From a virus, in the IMG/VR virus record IMGVR_UViG_3300045988_128358: DNA of 64,000 bases, one strand, 5' to 3'. The position numbers were made by a program, and so were the translations under genes. The notes beneath the pieces were generated by a model, which was given only the letters and a program-made list of their open reading frames with translations, ran no database searches and had not been told where the DNA came from. Positions 18,842 to 28,804 of the stretch are shown here, one piece after another. How positions within the stretch are numbered: the stretch's first letter is position 1; each line of letters starts with the position of its first letter.

Positions 18842-20635
18842 TTAAAAATAGTATTTAGTCTCTCCTGTAATTTCATAATCGCTAACTTTAATCTGAGGAG
18901 TTATACGACCATTCCATTCATTAATTGCACAAGTTCCTATAACTGTAACATTTTTACTACCAGTAGAACTAGCAGGAAGCAATGAATCAAACTCTTCATC
19001 AGTAATTCTGAATTTAATTAAACTTGTTCCATTAGGTAAAGTAATTTTAAATGAAGGACATCTGCCGCCTTTCCCCATGTAAGATAAATTATCTTTAGTC
19101 ACTTTAATATTTTTAATTACAACAACTGGTTCCGCAAGTTCTTGTCCCCAAATAGTGTTCAATTCAGCTAAATCAATAATATCACTTGCTTTAAAATCAT
19201 TTGCATCCCAAATAAAATCAACCTTCTGACATGGAGTAAATGAACATTCTTTTAAAGCTTCATTTGAATATTGAATAAAATCACTAAACTTATCTTCTGG
19301 AATAACTGCACCAAATGCATTAGGATGACCTTCTGCAAGACTGGCATAACCACTATCTCGAATAAATGTTCTTAAATCATTAAAATTAGAAGTTTCATAA
19401 CTTCTACCAGAACCTTCTAAACTAATACTACCATCTTCTTGTGGATGCTCCATAAGAATAAGAAATGGATGATTGTATTTAGCCATTAACTGGTTTGCAA
19501 TAAGTCCAGTTAAGTTTTTATTTATTGCTCCAGCAGCAAGCTTAACTGCAATAATTTTATTTTTTTCAAGAGATTTATCCTTTATAATTCCTTCAATTGT
19601 TTGAAGACTTGCGTCAATAGCTTTAGATTGATTACGTTTAATATTTGTGCAATTGCGACAAGCCTGCTCTACACGAGTTTCAAACTGACCTTTACATCCT
19701 CTTTTAGTAGAAGAGATTTGGTCATAAGCCTTAAAATCTAACATAGATTCAAAAAGCATAAGTTTTTCATTTGCAGAACCCATACGAATAGTTCCATTTA
19801 TTTGCGGCGCAATATAAAAACTAACTGCAAATGGACATAATCCTCCTGCTCTACTAATGGAATAATCTTGCACTTTTACCATTTCTTTAAAGAATGGATT
19901 TTCAACAGATGCTAAACCAAGATTAATAATTTCTCTTGTTTCAAAATCTCGAATATCCATCATATCTGCAATGATTCCAAGCGCTGCTAAATCAAGATAA
20001 TAACTTGCCCAATCTGTTCCCATGATTGAATCAAAATAAGAGCAAAATTTATAAACCATACCTACACCAGATAATGACTTAGTTGGATAATCACATAATT
20101 GATTATTTATTACACATGCATCTTCTGAAACTTTTTCAGCTTCATGGTGGTCAATAACCAATACATCAATCCCAAGCTCTTTAAGCTTTTTATGTACTTC
20201 ATAATTATTGCTTGATGAATCTGGCGCAATAATTAATTTGTAATCTTCATTTACAAAATCTGGAATAAATTCTTCATAAAGTCCGTGTTGTTTACCAGAG
20301 TGTAATCCATATGAAATTTTTGTTTGAGTATACCCTGGAAATAATCGGTTTAAATAATTAATAAGGAATGCCGCAGATGTAAAACCGTCACAGTCACTAT
20401 CTACTTGAATATAAATCTTATCCTGTTGGCTAATATGTCTTGCCAACATTTTTACTCCTTCATCTATATTCATAATTAAGCCAGGATCTAAAATATCTTC
20501 TTTAGTTGTATTAAGATAATGAGGAATATCTTTTGGGTCTACTCCTCTAGTTGCAAATACCCGCTCTACCACTGTATATTCATTTTTAATTGGGAGCAAT
20601 GGTGTTTTTAGTTGATAATCCATAGTTGATTTCAA
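18842..20635 (-). CDS. DHH-family phosphoesterase (RecJ-like exonuclease)
   Basis: DHH motifs DSDCDGFTSAA and IDHHE, with a large C-terminal region. 597 aa. Confidence 0.75.
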   Translation of the reverse strand: MKSTMDYQLKTPLLPIKNEYTVVERVFATRGVDPKDIPHYLNTTKEDILDPGLIMNIDEGVKMLARHISQQDKIYIQVDSDCDGFTSAAFLINYLNRLFPGYTQTKISYGLHSGKQHGLYEEFIPDFVNEDYKLIIAPDSSSNNYEVHKKLKELGIDVLVIDHHEAEKVSEDACVINNQLCDYPTKSLSGVGMVYKFCSYFDSIMGTDWASYYLDLAALGIIADMMDIRDFETREIINLGLASVENPFFKEMVKVQDYSISRAGGLCPFAVSFYIAPQINGTIRMGSANEKLMLFESMLDFKAYDQISSTKRGCKGQFETRVEQACRNCTNIKRNQSKAIDASLQTIEGIIKDKSLEKNKIIAVKLAAGAINKNLTGLIANQLMAKYNHPFLILMEHPQEDGSISLEGSGRSYETSNFNDLRTFIRDSGYASLAEGHPNAFGAVIPEDKFSDFIQYSNEALKECSFTPCQKVDFIWDANDFKASDIIDLAELNTIWGQELAEPVVVIKNIKVTKDNLSYMGKGGRCPSFKITLPNGTSLIKFRITDEEFDSLLPASSTGSKNVTVIGTCAINEWNGRITPQIKVSDYEITGETKYYF

Positions 20636-20653
20636 CCTCCTTTCATTTCTTCA

Positions 20654-20953
20654 TCACTCCCCCTTATCGAAATTAATTTTATTTATTGAACTAATTTCTT
20701 TTCCATATCCAGCTTTTTCATCAAGGGATTTTTTCATTTGATTTATCATATCTACAAATTCATTGAATTCCCAATAATCTTGGAAAGTAAAGCTAATCAT
20801 ATTTGCATCAATTATGTCTAATACCTCTCTATGCATCCGAGAAAATTTACATCTAGCACCATATTTATCTCCATGAACAGGTACTTCTATACTAAATCCT
20901 GCGTAATCTCTTAATGGGTATTTATTAGGGTTAAAAGGTTCATCTACTATCAT
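20654..20953 (-). CDS. hypothetical protein
   Basis: 99-aa ORF. Confidence 0.4.
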   Translation of the reverse strand: MIVDEPFNPNKYPLRDYAGFSIEVPVHGDKYGARCKFSRMHREVLDIIDANMISFTFQDYWEFNEFVDMINQMKKSLDEKAGYGKEISSINKINFDKGE

Positions 20954-22056
20954 AATAAAATCCTTTCTTTAAATAATATAAGAAATTTTTCAGACCCTTC
21001 ATCTATTGGACTTGCTTTATATCCAGTAATCATATTCTTATCAAATATAAAGCTAATATTTACATCATTCTTATATTTTTCATTAATTCTTGTAAGGTTT
21101 CTTGTTAAATGTTTAAATTCTTTGTCTCCAATTTCTTGAAACTGTCTATCAAAAGCAATAATAATTTCTTTTGCTCCAGCTTCTTTTAATAATTGAATTT
21201 GTCTTGCTGATAAGCTTGAACCGCAACAAGCAACTGAAATGTTATTATTCCAACCAAAATAACTTGCATACATTAATACAGATTTTTCAGATTCAAAAAC
21301 AATAGCTTTTCCCATTGTTTTAATATTATCCTTACTCCAATTTAAACCATATAAGTTCATTCCAAGAGGATGATTATATAGTAATTTATTGACTCGCATA
21401 GGTCTATATTTTCCATATATTTCAGCTTCATCCGCAATTAAGGTTCGACCTCTTAAACCAATAAACCTACCATCAACATCAAAATGCGGAATTGTAATTT
21501 GGTCTGCTCCTGGATAATAACCTATTTGAGCAAGCTTCATAACTTCATTAGTTATTCCTTCTTTTATCCAAGGCATAATAATAACATTATAATTAAATCG
21601 TGTTAAAATATCTGTACAAAATTCTTTTAATTCTATTTTATTTTCTCTTAATTCTATTTCTTTTATTTTCTCATAATTCGCTAAAAGTTTCCAATCTTCA
21701 ATTTTATCATCAGCTTCAGAGCCGTCTTCATTTCTTCCCGCAATGCCAAATCTTCTTGCGACCCAACGAACCGCATCATTTAGGTCATATTCTTCTGACC
21801 ATTGGATTTTAGCAACTTTTCTGGTTAATTCAAAAATATCAAAATAACTATCACAACCAGTATAACATCTAAATAAGCCTGAATTACTATAATAATATAG
21901 TTTACGACTTCCTTCTCCTGGTTCATTATGACATATAGTAGAAGAGAGGATTCCAAAGCCAGTATACTCTGGGTCTCCTCCCCACTCTTGCAATAACTCA
22001 AATATATTTTCTAACTCTAAGACTTCTCTAATTTCGCTCTTATCATAATTAATCAT
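20950..22056 (-). CDS. DnaG-like DNA primase
   Basis: Zinc-binding CHNEPGEGSRKLYYY...CYTGC and a Toprim-like region VFESEKSV...IIAFD. Confidence 0.7.
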   Translation of the reverse strand: MINYDKSEIREVLELENIFELLQEWGGDPEYTGFGILSSTICHNEPGEGSRKLYYYSNSGLFRCYTGCDSYFDIFELTRKVAKIQWSEEYDLNDAVRWVARRFGIAGRNEDGSEADDKIEDWKLLANYEKIKEIELRENKIELKEFCTDILTRFNYNVIIMPWIKEGITNEVMKLAQIGYYPGADQITIPHFDVDGRFIGLRGRTLIADEAEIYGKYRPMRVNKLLYNHPLGMNLYGLNWSKDNIKTMGKAIVFESEKSVLMYASYFGWNNNISVACCGSSLSARQIQLLKEAGAKEIIIAFDRQFQEIGDKEFKHLTRNLTRINEKYKNDVNISFIFDKNMITGYKASPIDEGSEKFLILFKERILL

Positions 22057-22245
22057 TTACTTTTCACTTTCTGGCCAAAAGAATGTTAAATCTGTTATTG
22101 CGGTCAAATCTATTCCTGTTTCCTCTTTAAACTCTTTTATTGGACCAGTTATTTTACATTCATCTGCTGGCAGAGTTAATTTTCTGCCAGCAACGAATTT
22201 ATCTTGTCCCATGAGTCTAAAGATTGTTATTTCCCGTTTATCCAT
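22057..22245 (-). CDS. hypothetical protein
   Basis: 62-aa ORF. Confidence 0.3.
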   Translation of the reverse strand: MDKREITIFRLMGQDKFVAGRKLTLPADECKITGPIKEFKEETGIDLTAITDLTFFWPESEK

Positions 22246-22249
22246 AACA

Positions 22250-22540
22250 TTAACCTGGAATAACTCTTACACAAGTTCCAAGCAATCCAAACTGTTCATT
22301 GACCCAGTTACAAAGATATACCTGAGCCTCTCCGCCGTCTTTCTTACACTCTTTAAGAATATCCTCATACATAGGAATAGGCATTTTATATTCAAACTGC
22401 ATGCCAGCTCTGATTTCTTTTGGAGCTACATACTGACGAGCAACTTTCGCCACTCTGCTTTCTTTCTTTTTAGGTTTCTTCTTTATAAAATTGTTCACTT
22501 TATAATTTTTCTTACTATAATTCTTTTCACTCTTCATCAT
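22250..22540 (-). CDS. hypothetical basic protein
   Basis: Lys-rich N-terminus. Start trimmed to an internal Met to reduce overlap with the helicase. Confidence 0.4.
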   Translation of the reverse strand: MMKSEKNYSKKNYKVNNFIKKKPKKKESRVAKVARQYVAPKEIRAGMQFEYKMPIPMYEDILKECKKDGGEAQVYLCNWVNEQFGLLGTCVRVIPG

Positions 22541-24068
22541 CGTCCCAAGCACCTTTCTCTACAATAATTTTTACATCATCCATTTTAATAAGTTCATAAT
22601 CATATGTAGTACAGAACATAGGCTGGATTCTACAAGTTCCTAAATCTGCTTTACACCACATAATAATTCCTTTATATCTACCACGTCTATTCTTATAAAC
22701 AGACATTTTAATAGTAGGCTTTTCAAAAATACTTGAAGAAAGAATTGAATCAAGAGCATCAATATCTTCTTCTTTAACGCTTAATAAAATTGAACCATAG
22801 TCAATCTTATCTGCAATAGATTTTGCACCACGAAGTAAATTTTGGTCAGGAGTTTTTGCTTCTTGATAATCTCCATTTAACTGCGTTGCAGACATAATAA
22901 AGACTCCATATTGATTACAAATATCTTTTAATTTATTTGATAACATAAATAAGATATTATCTTCACGAAGTTTAACGCCACCACTTCTTTTTGTAATTTC
23001 TTCCAAAATTTTCAAACTGGTATGAATATAATCGTGAAAAATATATTTAACATCATGGTCACGAATATTTTTCTTAATTGTATTCTCAACATCTTTTAAA
23101 GAAAAGTCTGGTAATTCTTCTACATACAATGGACTGTTTTCAAGAATCTCTCCAGCTTTAATAACTCGCTCTTCTTCATCGCCCTCATATTCACCATTAA
23201 TGATATGTTCTTCGTTTACATTAGAAAGAAAAGCTAACATCATTGTTTGAATTTCTTCAAGCTCCTGCTCTGTTGTAATAAACAAAGTTGGTTCAGATGT
23301 ACCATTCTTAATCCATCCAAAAGACTCATCATATATTTTATTACAAGCTATATTACAAGCATCGGCAATCATTGAACGAGTCTTACCTATACCAGTTGCC
23401 GCAGACCGCAAATAAAACTTCTTTAATCTTGCTCCACGAGTAACTGTATTTACCAATCTTCCATAAAGAGGAACTCCTACTTCTGGATGGTCTTTAAATT
23501 TCTGAATTAATTGTAAAACACCTTTTCCAGCTTGAATAGCTTCTCCAGTAGTATCATCAACATATTTTAAACGAATATCACTTATCTTGCGGTCAACCCT
23601 ATCCGCAATTTCCTCTAAAGAAGAATTATCTAACAAATCTTCTTGAAGCTGTTTCTTTTTTATATCTAAGATATTATCTGGGTCATAGATATCAGAAACA
23701 TCTACTCCATAATTATCATACGCTCTTAATAATGTCATCTTTTTTAATCTATTATAATAGAAATCAAAAGACAACTGAGATGCGACATCAGCTACTTTTA
23801 ATAGCCATTTATCACCATCGTTTTTCTTATATATTGCCGCAGATTTTGGTCTTGAACTTAAAAAATCCGCTAAATTCTCTAACGTAATGGTTTTTGCTCC
23901 AAGTTCATAAATTTTATAAATAGCACCAAATACAGTTCGATGAAACTCATCTGGGAAATCTTCATCTGTAATAGTATATTTATCTTCAAACTCCAAAATC
24001 TGAGGATTATTATAAACACATCCAATTACCTGCATTATTGCAGTCACATCGACATACTTACTCGCCAC
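22527..24068 (-). CDS. DnaB-family replicative helicase
   Basis: 513 aa with an N-terminal DnaB-like domain. C-terminal RecA-like region with Walker A SAATGIGKT. Confidence 0.75.
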   Translation of the reverse strand: MASKYVDVTAIMQVIGCVYNNPQILEFEDKYTITDEDFPDEFHRTVFGAIYKIYELGAKTITLENLADFLSSRPKSAAIYKKNDGDKWLLKVADVASQLSFDFYYNRLKKMTLLRAYDNYGVDVSDIYDPDNILDIKKKQLQEDLLDNSSLEEIADRVDRKISDIRLKYVDDTTGEAIQAGKGVLQLIQKFKDHPEVGVPLYGRLVNTVTRGARLKKFYLRSAATGIGKTRSMIADACNIACNKIYDESFGWIKNGTSEPTLFITTEQELEEIQTMMLAFLSNVNEEHIINGEYEGDEEERVIKAGEILENSPLYVEELPDFSLKDVENTIKKNIRDHDVKYIFHDYIHTSLKILEEITKRSGGVKLREDNILFMLSNKLKDICNQYGVFIMSATQLNGDYQEAKTPDQNLLRGAKSIADKIDYGSILLSVKEEDIDALDSILSSSIFEKPTIKMSVYKNRRGRYKGIIMWCKADLGTCRIQPMFCTTYDYELIKMDDVKIIVEKGAWDDDEE

Positions 24069-24585
24069 CTTCAGCTTCCTCCTCGTCTAAAAATGCAAAT
24101 AATCTCCGTTTTCTCAAATTCCTTTTTGGGGGTTCGATTTTTATAACTTTTTCTTTTGAAACAAATTTTTGAACATCTTTATTCTGATTCTTTTGATTCG
24201 CTTCCCAAATAGAATAATAGTAATTAAAAGCGTCTTTATAAACATAAGGAACGATACCTATGCCGCCATTTGCCTTTTCTGTAGAATTGCCTTTTATCTC
24301 ATAAAAATAAACTAAAGCTTTTCTAATTCCTGAATAAGTATATTGGTATTGTTCAATGTATGTATTTATTTGTTTTCTAACTCTTGGAGTTATAAAGTCA
24401 TCGCCCAACAATTTAATGATATATTCTTCTAAAGCTATTTTATCAGCTTCTTCTTGTTTTAATCGACTTTGCTCTTTACTTGCACATTCAGTATGAGCAT
24501 ATCTTCTTGGTGAGACTTGAACAAAAGAATATTTATCTCTATCAAACGTTTGATGACAATATATACATTTTACTTTATGTGCCAA
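24058..24585 (-). CDS. hypothetical protein with N-terminal zinc finger (possible helicase-associated factor)
   Basis: CIYCHQ...HTEC cysteine/histidine pairs. Its position next to dnaB prompts the helicase-factor guess. Confidence 0.45.
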   Translation of the reverse strand: MAHKVKCIYCHQTFDRDKYSFVQVSPRRYAHTECASKEQSRLKQEEADKIALEEYIIKLLGDDFITPRVRKQINTYIEQYQYTYSGIRKALVYFYEIKGNSTEKANGGIGIVPYVYKDAFNYYYSIWEANQKNQNKDVQKFVSKEKVIKIEPPKRNLRKRRLFAFLDEEEAEGGE

Positions 24586-24619
24586 ATATTCTTACTCCTT
24601 TCTCCCAATCTATAATAAT

Positions 24620-24648
24620 ATTATATCATTTTTCAATAAAAAAGTCAA
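24620..24648 (-). promoter_or_regulatory. sigma70-like promoter TTGACT-N17-TATAAT with overlapping upstream hairpin
   Basis: -35 at 24643..24648 and -10 at 24620..24625. Hairpin aagtcaatccaagg...ccttggattgactt at 24641..24675. Confidence 0.55.
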
Positions 24649-24688
24649 TCCAAGGATATAACTTGGATTGACTTTAAGATTATATATC

Positions 24689-25666
24689 TTAGCTATGCAT
24701 TAATTCATCTTCAATCTCAGTTACAATTAAGTTAATCATCTCAACTTGCTCTGGAGTTGCATCCGCAATTTTACGACCTTTACCAAGATATTTCTCAATA
24801 ATCTTTGTAATCTTAGGCCCATTAGCTTCAGAAGCTTGCATTAAATTACCAACTAACTCCTGGAACTTATTCATTAATGCATCATAATTTAATTCCTCTT
24901 TCTCAACAGGTTTTTCACGTTCATCTGTAACATACTGATTACCATGCTCAAGAGCTTCTTTATCAATAGCTCTATGAATCTCTTCTACGAGATTATCATA
25001 ACTCATTGGAAACTCACTTGCGATATATTTAAAACGACCACCACAGCTAATAGAATCATCTGGGCAACGAAGTGTTAATACAGACATTTCATTCTTATTA
25101 GACTGATGAGCATATCCATAAATATCAGCCATGCCTTCAATAACCTGTCTTGTTGAATTACTAAGCGCAGGACGAATTACAATTTTTTCTGTTCCATCAT
25201 CATTTGTAATTGTCTGCTCTTTGTGGTGACCGATGAAAAATACTGCATATCCTAACTGAGTTAAACCTCTAAATACATCATTAAATTCATCTTTGAAAGC
25301 AGTCCAACCTTTTCCATATCCGAGGTCTCCAAGAGCCTCAATACCTTTTTGCTGACAAATATATTTCTGACAAAAATCAGAAGCAATATCAATAGTATCA
25401 ACAACTACGGCATCAAAATTAGCCTTAACTTCTGGCTTTTTAAGCTCTCTCATAACCTGCTTCATATCTCCCCAAGAAGTAACATCCTGAGCAATTACAC
25501 CAGGCAATGCATTATATCCACGTTCAAAAGCGAGTAAAAGTGTTTTTGGCATCTGAACTGCTAAAGTTGTTTTTCCTGTTTTAGGAGCCCCATAGATATA
25601 AGTAATATATCCACTTAAATCTTTACTAACCTTATGTGGCTCAATATTTAATAAATTAATTCCCAT
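24689..25666 (-). CDS. Sak4-like RecA-family ATPase (ssDNA annealing/recombination)
   Basis: Walker A YGAPKTGKTT and Walker B VVVDTID. Start placed at MGINLL. Confidence 0.6.
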   Translation of the reverse strand: MGINLLNIEPHKVSKDLSGYITYIYGAPKTGKTTLAVQMPKTLLLAFERGYNALPGVIAQDVTSWGDMKQVMRELKKPEVKANFDAVVVDTIDIASDFCQKYICQQKGIEALGDLGYGKGWTAFKDEFNDVFRGLTQLGYAVFFIGHHKEQTITNDDGTEKIVIRPALSNSTRQVIEGMADIYGYAHQSNKNEMSVLTLRCPDDSISCGGRFKYIASEFPMSYDNLVEEIHRAIDKEALEHGNQYVTDEREKPVEKEELNYDALMNKFQELVGNLMQASEANGPKITKIIEKYLGKGRKIADATPEQVEMINLIVTEIEDELMHS

Positions 25667-25703
25667 TCTTTTCTCCTTCTTGCGGCATTGGCATCCGACC
25701 ACC

Positions 25704-25880
25704 CGCAATTTTTATTTTAATTAATTCTTACAACATCTTTTAAAATTTCACAATTAGGATTTGCACTGTCACCATTATAAAATTCATTTTGTATATAAAT
25801 ATCTTCTTTTGATATAATTCCCATATCATTTACTACAATCGCATCTTTTGGATACGACTGTAGTAAAATAATTAATTCAG
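25704..25880 (-). CDS. small hypothetical ORF (58 aa; below the ORF-track cutoff)
   Basis: Translated by hand: MTVSELIILLQSYPKDAIVV... It fills the gap between flanking genes. Confidence 0.25.
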
Positions 25881-25889
25881 AAACTGTCA

Positions 25890-26837
25890 TTAGAAGTTAA
25901 AAGCGCCGCCGCCCTTTGCAGGAGTTGCAGAAGCTGGAGCAGCTGCCTGTCCTTTAGAAGCTTTATACTCATCTTGACGTTTCTTTACATCAGCAAGATA
26001 AACTTCTCTATTAGCAAGAGCTTCAGTCAGCTCTGCGGCAGTAATTGTGCTTGCATCATCCCATACATATGGGTCTGGAAGAGCCCAAGTAATAACCCAA
26101 TCTTTTCTATTGGACTGAACAGTTCTTACATAAGGCTCACCAAATGCAGACTCTTCAGTAATTGTACGAGAAATAACTTCAGATACCTGACGACCTTTTA
26201 CTTTTGTAAATACAGGCTCTTTTGCAGAAGCACCAAGTCCCTCAAAGTAAGAGATAGCTCCTGGATTAATTGCTGAAAATTCAACAGGAAGAACCGCGCC
26301 TCTGAAATCAAAAATCGCACCTTTGATGATAGCTTTCTCAGGAGTATTCTGCTCCTCATTTGCATCAATAGTTCTTACATTTGTGATAAGAATATCAGCT
26401 TCGAAAGTATTTCTCATTTTCTCGTCTTCATTCAAATCAACACAAGTATGAACAAATCCACCCTCATTTCTTTTAACAGAAACAAGCTTCTCTTCACCAT
26501 TTTTATCAGAATAAAACTCATTTAAGCCAACTGCGGAATCAACACGAACTTTTGCTGCATTCTCTTTACCATGCTCCATTACAGAACCAAGTTCTCCATT
26601 GATAATCTGATTAAGAATACCAAATGTTGCATTGGAATTTCCTTTTGCAGTTGTTGCTGTTACATATGTAAAATGAACAGGTACAATATTTGTCATATCA
26701 TTATCAGTAGCAATACTAAGATTACCCATGATGAATTTAGTTCCTGGATGTTTTGAATTTGCACCAGACTCTCTTAACTGTAAGTCATGCTCATAAATAA
26801 ACCCTTCCACATGTGTACGATTAACCATACTCTTCAT
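25890..26837 (-). CDS. hypothetical protein (possible ssDNA-binding protein)
   Basis: 315 aa in the recombination module next to Sak4, with a Gly/Ala-rich C-terminal tail. No firm motif. Confidence 0.5.
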   Translation of the reverse strand: MKSMVNRTHVEGFIYEHDLQLRESGANSKHPGTKFIMGNLSIATDNDMTNIVPVHFTYVTATTAKGNSNATFGILNQIINGELGSVMEHGKENAAKVRVDSAVGLNEFYSDKNGEEKLVSVKRNEGGFVHTCVDLNEDEKMRNTFEADILITNVRTIDANEEQNTPEKAIIKGAIFDFRGAVLPVEFSAINPGAISYFEGLGASAKEPVFTKVKGRQVSEVISRTITEESAFGEPYVRTVQSNRKDWVITWALPDPYVWDDASTITAAELTEALANREVYLADVKKRQDEYKASKGQAAAPASATPAKGGGAFNF

Positions 26838-26879
26838 ATTATTCTATTCTCCTTAATTATATTTATTCTTTTTATTTAA

Positions 26880-27263
26880 TTAATCATTAATATTAACTGT
26901 TTTTCCATTATCTGTTAAAGCATAGACAACTGGGTCTGACCCAATCTTCTCAACATAGCCATCTTTAACAAGTTTCTGAATTGCACCAGATACAGTTCTT
27001 GAAGAAACAAACATTCCTTCCGCAATATCTTTTGCTTTACCCATTGGCATATCAGAAACATGCTCCTGCATATATTTTAAAATCATCTTTCCATTATCAG
27101 TAAATAATGGTTTATCAGAAGTACCTTTACCTTTAAAAGCCTCCCAATAAGCAATTACATCTGGGTCAATATCTGCCATATCTAAATCTGCAAATAATGA
27201 ATCTATACATTCAATAAATTTTTCTTTTTTACTCATTTCTTTTAACTCGCTTTCATCTTTCAT
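26880..27263 (-). CDS. putative winged-helix DNA-binding protein
   Basis: SSRTVSGAIQKLVKDGYVEK is HTH-like. Its own promoter lies at 27275..27303. Confidence 0.45.
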   Translation of the reverse strand: MKDESELKEMSKKEKFIECIDSLFADLDMADIDPDVIAYWEAFKGKGTSDKPLFTDNGKMILKYMQEHVSDMPMGKAKDIAEGMFVSSRTVSGAIQKLVKDGYVEKIGSDPVVYALTDNGKTVNIND

Positions 27264-27274
27264 CTTATAAGTAT

Positions 27275-27303
27275 ATTATAACATTTTTTTAAATAAAAAT
27301 CAA
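27275..27303 (-). promoter_or_regulatory. sigma70-like promoter TTGATT-N17-TATAAT
   Basis: -35 at 27298..27303 and -10 at 27275..27280. Confidence 0.55.
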
Positions 27304-27310
27304 TACTGTT

Positions 27311-28207
27311 TTACTTACTTTCTGTTGTATTGTTATCTATAAAGATAAAATCATCAGAATAAGGTAAAAGGTGAGCGAATTTAATAAAACTCTCTGTTAC
27401 AAACTCTTCGCCATCTCCAGACCATTCTGTAAGTTTATGATGGCCTCTTTGATGCACCATAGCTAAAACATTTTCATAATTCATTGTAACAGTTCTTGTT
27501 TGAAGCCAAGATTCTGGTAACCAACGAACAAGTTCTTTCCAATAGCGTTTATCTTTAGTCTGTAAATAAGCAAGTCTCAGCTCTTCTAATCTATCAATAA
27601 TGTCATCAACAAACATATCCATATGCCAATGGTCTGTAAAACCATTTTCTCCAGCAAGAGATTGGTCTGTAAAATCAACAGATAAATCTTGGTCATAATC
27701 ATCAATTTCAAAACAATCTTTTGTAATTGGCTTACTTGTAAGTTTATGCATTGTAGAAGTTGAATTAGCTGTAGTACCTACTTTGTAAGTATCAAATTCC
27801 TTCCACCAGAAAAGTGGGGCTGTAATGTCAACTGTTACCATAATTTGTCTCAAAAATTTTCTATGTTCGGAACCAGCATGAATAAGAGTCTTAGCAAGCT
27901 TCATATCATTCGGACCAATAAAAGCAACATTAGCTAATTGATGGTCTAAATTAATTTCAAGAATACCATTATTTAACAGCCATCTATCATATTCCTCTTG
28001 AGCCATAAGAGCCTCATTATCTGCGTCACATGGATAATTAGGAAATTTTTTCTGAACCCACTCTTCAGCAACTTCATAATCATGCTCATCATCATCTATA
28101 TTGATAAGCCCAAAATAACTATCACTTAAATTCCAAGAATTTTTTGGATTTCTCATTCCTCTTAAAGCATTTTCAAAATTATAAACTCTAACATTTTCAA
28201 ATTTCAT
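27311..28207 (-). CDS. hypothetical protein, distant ThyX-like fold with divergent active-site motif (tentative)
   Basis: The segment HAGSEHRKFLRQIMVTVDITAPLFWWKEFDTYKVGTTANSTSTMH parallels ThyX HGHETPFEH..APIF..RQW.RHR.ASYNELSGRY. The RHR is replaced by DTY. Confidence 0.3.
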   Translation of the reverse strand: MKFENVRVYNFENALRGMRNPKNSWNLSDSYFGLINIDDDEHDYEVAEEWVQKKFPNYPCDADNEALMAQEEYDRWLLNNGILEINLDHQLANVAFIGPNDMKLAKTLIHAGSEHRKFLRQIMVTVDITAPLFWWKEFDTYKVGTTANSTSTMHKLTSKPITKDCFEIDDYDQDLSVDFTDQSLAGENGFTDHWHMDMFVDDIIDRLEELRLAYLQTKDKRYWKELVRWLPESWLQTRTVTMNYENVLAMVHQRGHHKLTEWSGDGEEFVTESFIKFAHLLPYSDDFIFIDNNTTESK

Positions 28208-28210
28208 TCT

Positions 28211-28507
28211 TTATTTACCTCTGATTTTTGTATCATAACTAATTGAATATGGTTTCATATCTTCCGCTTTAATTGATAAATTTCCAGTAGTAGTTGTTGT
28301 TACAACATCTGGATTATTTAATAAAGTTACATTACCATTTGTAGCAGTTGTCCAATAGTAAGGACTTGGACGAATCGGATAAGTTGGTATTGGTTTTTCC
28401 CCTTCGTGATAACCTTCCCAATAAGCTTCATTTAAAAGGTCTTGAAGCTCTTTCTGCGTTAAAGTAATATAACCTTTTTGGTCAGTTGTAAATACTTTAA
28501 TCTTCAT
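28211..28507 (-). CDS. hypothetical protein
   Basis: 98-aa ORF. Confidence 0.4.
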   Translation of the reverse strand: MKIKVFTTDQKGYITLTQKELQDLLNEAYWEGYHEGEKPIPTYPIRPSPYYWTTATNGNVTLLNNPDVVTTTTTGNLSIKAEDMKPYSISYDTKIRGK

Positions 28508-28790
28508 TTGATACTGTGAATCCTTTCAACTTAAAATGATTTTTCATTAATATATAATAAGAAAATTGTTCAATATTATCAACAAAGACCTCTTTAGCAG
28601 TATCAGATTTATCTCCTGCGGTAATGGCTTCTTGATAACTAATAAAATCAATCCCAGTAATTCCATAAGAATAAGCTCTTTCTCTCATATCTTGCGGACA
28701 CTGACAAATAATTGGAATACCGGCTTCTTTTGCAAGTAAAAATAATCGAGAAGTTTTTCCTGTTCCTCGTCCATCAATAATTCTATACAT
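28497..28790 (-). CDS. hypothetical small P-loop protein
   Basis: GRGTGKTS near the N-terminus. Confidence 0.4.
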   Translation of the reverse strand: MYRIIDGRGTGKTSRLFLLAKEAGIPIICQCPQDMRERAYSYGITGIDFISYQEAITAGDKSDTAKEVFVDNIEQFSYYILMKNHFKLKGFTVSNED

Positions 28791-28804
28791 AACAATTTTC
28801 TCCT

